A DNA stretch of 64,000 nucleotides from Diadema antillarum (taxonomy: Eukaryota). The stretch spans positions 930,001-994,000 of the forward strand of contig NW_027271683.1 of NCBI RefSeq assembly GCF_040938485.1, written 5' to 3'. A program made the translations under genes and the position numbers. Under the pieces are notes generated by a model. That model was not told the origin of the DNA, ran no database searches, and saw only the letters and a list, made by a program, of their open reading frames with translations. This document shows, piece after piece, positions 60,537 through 64,000 of the stretch (within the stretch, counting starts at the first letter, position 1; each line of letters starts with the position of its first letter).

Positions 60537-60900
60537 GGGCGGTGATTTGGCTCAGTCGGTAGCGCGTCTGCCTCCAGATCCAAAGGACGCGGATTCGATC
60601 CCCAAGTCTATCTGAGCAATGTTCCGTGTAATCATACCGCCCCCTCTAGTTACAGGCAAAACAGTCTGTCCCTCGGATGAGACATAAAATTGGTGGTCCA
60701 GTGTGTGAGATAGTCATAACTCACGGACGTTAAAGATCCCGCTTCATTCATTCATTCATCGCAAAGAGCAGGGTGTTTTAACCCGGTGAAGTGGTCCCAC
60801 CTCACATCAAACTGGACCCCATGGAAGACCAGCTAGTGCAGCTGAATATGGGCTGTCAAGCTATCTTCTCTGATGGGAAAAATGATACAAATAAACGAAC
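60537..60900 (+). mobile_element. Full-length tRNA-derived SINE with a Deu-domain-like core
   Basis: A box TGGCTCAGTCGG and B-box-like GATTCGATCCC. The core GTCCCTCGGATGAGACATAAAA...TTAAAGATCCC...AAGAGCAGGGGTGTT-like...ACCCGGTG resembles the DeuSINE central domain as recalled, not searched. Confidence 0.8.
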
Positions 60901-61149
60901 CTCAAGAGACTGTTCACAAAGCACATCACGATCTATAAACCATGATACATGTAACTAGATTGGTTTTATTAACAAGCGTTAATCATTTTTTTCTTCTTTT
61001 TTTGTTCCCCCTTCCGGAGAGACCCTTTCCCATTCTGGGTTTTACAGTGGCAGGCCACAACATTTCACCCTGAAACAAATCCGAATAATCATTAGGTACA
61101 AGTTGGTTCAATACTTCAAAACTTTAATAAGCCTACATCGGTTGTTACT

Positions 61150-61250
61150 GAAAATAAATAAATATATAAATAAATAAATGAATAAATGAATTAATGAATA
61201 AATAAATAAATAAATAAAATAAATAAACGAAATATATAAATGAATAAATG
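61150..61250. repeat. (TAAA)n-like microsatellite
   Basis: Repeated AATAAAT/AATGAAT units. Confidence 0.85.
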
Positions 61251-61321
61251 GTTGAGAAAACTGATGCCTATCAGCTTAAAAAGTATTCAAAGTGCAGAGG
61301 ACATTAGCTCTTTCTCCTTGT

Positions 61322-61583
61322 TGTAATTGAAGGGGTCGGTGCAATATAGTGCTAACCCACACTATTGTCAAAATTGAGTTAGATGCATTTTCATAATCCT
61401 TATCCTTTACTCTAAACTCTGTGAAAATATCATATTTGAATTCAACCAATAAGACGGTAAAAATGCATGCATTCATGTTTTATTAATGTACAATGTATGG
61501 ACTTTCCAAACATTCAACAGCGATTATCTCAAAATGACTATTGTGTGGGTTAGCACTATATTGCACCGACCCCTTCAATTACA
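61322..61583. mobile_element. MITE with TGT...ACA termini and a 4-bp TSD (Ginger-like)
   Basis: 41-bp perfect TIR TGTAATTGAAGGGGTCGGTGCAATATAGTGCTAACCCACAC; TTGT at 61318-61321 and 61584-61587. Confidence 0.8.
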
Positions 61584-61588
61584 TTGTA

Positions 61589-61821
61589 GTCACTGAAGTG
61601 AACTGACTGAAATGAACTGATTTAGTTTACGTGGTCACTGAGGAAGTTATGACTGCTTGCTAGCAAGCAACCATGGAAATAAAGACTGTATAAAGTCACC
61701 TCCTAATGACCTTATAGGCTATGTGGATAAAGTGTCTTTCCTGGGGGCGCAATCGCTGCAGCCAGGGGACTCGAACCAGGGACTTTGTGAGACACAGTCC
61801 ATCCAATGAGCCACAACTACT
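61589..61821 (-). mobile_element. Second tRNA-derived SINE family (CORE-like), minus strand
   Basis: Minus strand TGGCTCATTGG (A box), GGTTCGAGTCCC (B box), GCCCCCAGGAAAGACACTTTATCC (CORE-like segment) and a (TTCAG)-type tail. Confidence 0.55.
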
Positions 61822-64000
61822 CTTCATTCATTCCGTTGTGCCTCAACCACGTCACGACAGCACTTTGTGCTTTTTCATGGTGCCACATCAGGTAGGAAAA
61901 ATTAAGAGTACTGTACTGGATTTTCCTCACAAAAATTCTCTAATTGTTGTATTAAAAAGTACTGCATTGATCTACATGAAGTTATGAGGCTGATAAATGC
62001 ATGACACACTCATTTCCAAGAGTTAAAATGTATAAAAAGAGAAAGAGTGGGAGAGATTACAATTTTGTAGGAATGAAACAGCCCAGCCAATCAAATAATT
62101 TATGGTAACGTTGAACTCTATACTTAAAATGCTGTAAACCAATCAGTTAGCGGTCACTCTCGTCATTTTTTTCTCCCAGCATCTCCACCGACGATGAAAA
62201 ATAACAATGGTAAATTTGCATAGATGATATTCAATCACTGCATTACCAAATGAGTTAAGTTTTCAAATACACTGTACTTGTATGTCATTTTCTATGGTAT
62301 ATTCCTCTTCAATCCATCTACCGTAATTGCCGTTCGCACACTTCACTTGAATACGTGTGCTCACTGTCGGTGAAGAATATTCACCTCATTACTACAAACC
62401 TTCCCTTTGTAATTAATTCTATTCCACACTGATATTCTCTGACTGAAATTTTGATATACTGTCAAAGAATATTTCCACATCCACATATATGTCTGCAAAT
62501 TTAGTGTTTGCACTTTCTCATGTAGTGCACAGCTTACATTAATATTTTGACATAAAATTGATGTGCATTTCACGACTCAATACTCTTTTGATAATGCTCA
62601 GACTTTCACCAAATTTTCTTTGCCACACATACATTTCTGATAACAATACTCACACCTTTCTTGCTCTAAAAAATCATTCTGTCACCGACTACAATAAGCA
62701 CAATGGGTTTCAGAGACAGGAACAGTATTGAACCAAAACCTGTAATACATTATACATGTACAGTGCATGAACACGCTAGATCAATTTTTGTGTATTTTGA
62801 AGAGAGTCAAGCACTTGGGGCTATTTCAACACCCTTTCAAATTGTTTTCTTTCTGGTACACTGTAATACACCTGTTATACTGTAATTTCTGGTCAAAAAA
62901 AAAGTCTACTGAAGAATCATAAACCACTGCAAAAATATACAGCATGTACAACTTTTATGCATCCTGAGACACCTTTTGAACACGAAATACGACACAAAAC
63001 AAAATAGTAATGCACCAGCACTACTACAGGGATAGTTTGTACGAAATGAGTACAATGCCATATTCAACCTTACACCACAACAAACAGAATTAAACAAGAC
63101 TATGTTGAATAGTGATGCAATGTCATTAGTACACACACACAAAACTCACATAAAACAAGTTTCCTTCTTTACTTTTCAAGTTATTACAAGGAGATAGGAT
63201 TTGAGTTGTGGAATATCTCATTAAAGGCAATCAGTTGCACCAAGATTAGGATAAAGAACTGCACAATGGTTTAAATTATTAAAAAAAAAGATGCCAAATC
63301 AGAAAAAAGAGGGAAAAATCACTATTGAAAATGACCCTTGATCACATCTTTACATTCATTGCACTTCATACTTTCAATCTTTAATGACTAGCTCCAGAGT
63401 ATTCAAAAATCGCTGATAGAAATTTAAACTCTCTAGAATGAAGTCTATGCCAACAATAAATCCCCTAATATTGCAGATGTCTTTGCTGCATACGCGTAGA
63501 ACCTACATGTAAATCTGAAAAACTGAAATTTCTTCTTACAACGGCCGCCACTCTACTGGAGCGTGACATTGTAAGCCCAAAATGCTCATATTCTGGCATT
63601 GCCTTGAAGGAAAGTTACATTAGTCACAGGTCTTTATCACAACTATGAAGTAATGAGTAATCTATGTGCACTTTTCACAGCAGTCAGGTGCTATAAAAAA
63701 TATAACACACCTGTACAAATTTCATAAAATTAGAAGATTACTTCTAATCATACATCTAGTTAAAATCCGAAAGGAAAGTATATTCACTTTGACCTCAGGT
63801 AATTTGAAAGTATTTCATCCCGGTAGCACACATCAACTTCGTTGCTTACTTGATAATGTATAACTACTCAGTTCTCACACCAACCACTAGTCATACATTT
63901 CAGTGTTTTGAATCATAATATTCGATGGCAGCAAAATATAGAAATAAAGAATACAATCACACGATGAAATATTCTCTATCAATTTCACAAATCAAAGATG

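Noticed and set aside
60537-60610. tRNA genes at the SINE heads (also 37575 and 61821 minus)
   Set aside because: A and B boxes are present but there is no convincing cloverleaf or acceptor stem, and each continues into a shared SINE body and tail.

Overview
AT-rich eukaryotic genomic DNA, not prokaryotic. The repeat content (a Deu-domain-like SINE, a CR1/L2-group LINE with a 2A motif, Kolobok/Sola/Harbinger-type MITEs) suggests an invertebrate deuterostome such as an echinoderm; this is inference. The backbone is a tandem array of eight same-strand, intronless, paralogous class A (rhodopsin-like) GPCR genes of 366-372 aa (about 381 codons in GPCR6), starting at 1625, 9076, 15332, 21261, 29825, 35210, 44351 and 53242. 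Five ORFs are intact. Three are disabled, each by a different single lesion: a TIR-transposon insertion, a 2-nt deletion, and an in-frame TAA insertion. All eight keep Asp3.32 and most keep Tyr7.43, but they have lost most canonical activation motifs and Cys3.25. An N-terminal Cys7 co-varies with the ECL2 Cys, which suggests an alternative disulfide. Each gene has a shared upstream motif module. The spacers are filled with nested mobile DNA: an apparently full-length LINE whose ORF begins with a signal-peptide-like segment and a 2A-like motif and which split a SINE; an internally deleted Gmr1-type (PR-IN order) LTR element; a solo LTR; a 4.15-kb TIR element; many MITEs; and a higher-order tandem repeat. 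All alignments and residue numbering were done by eye; no database searches were run.
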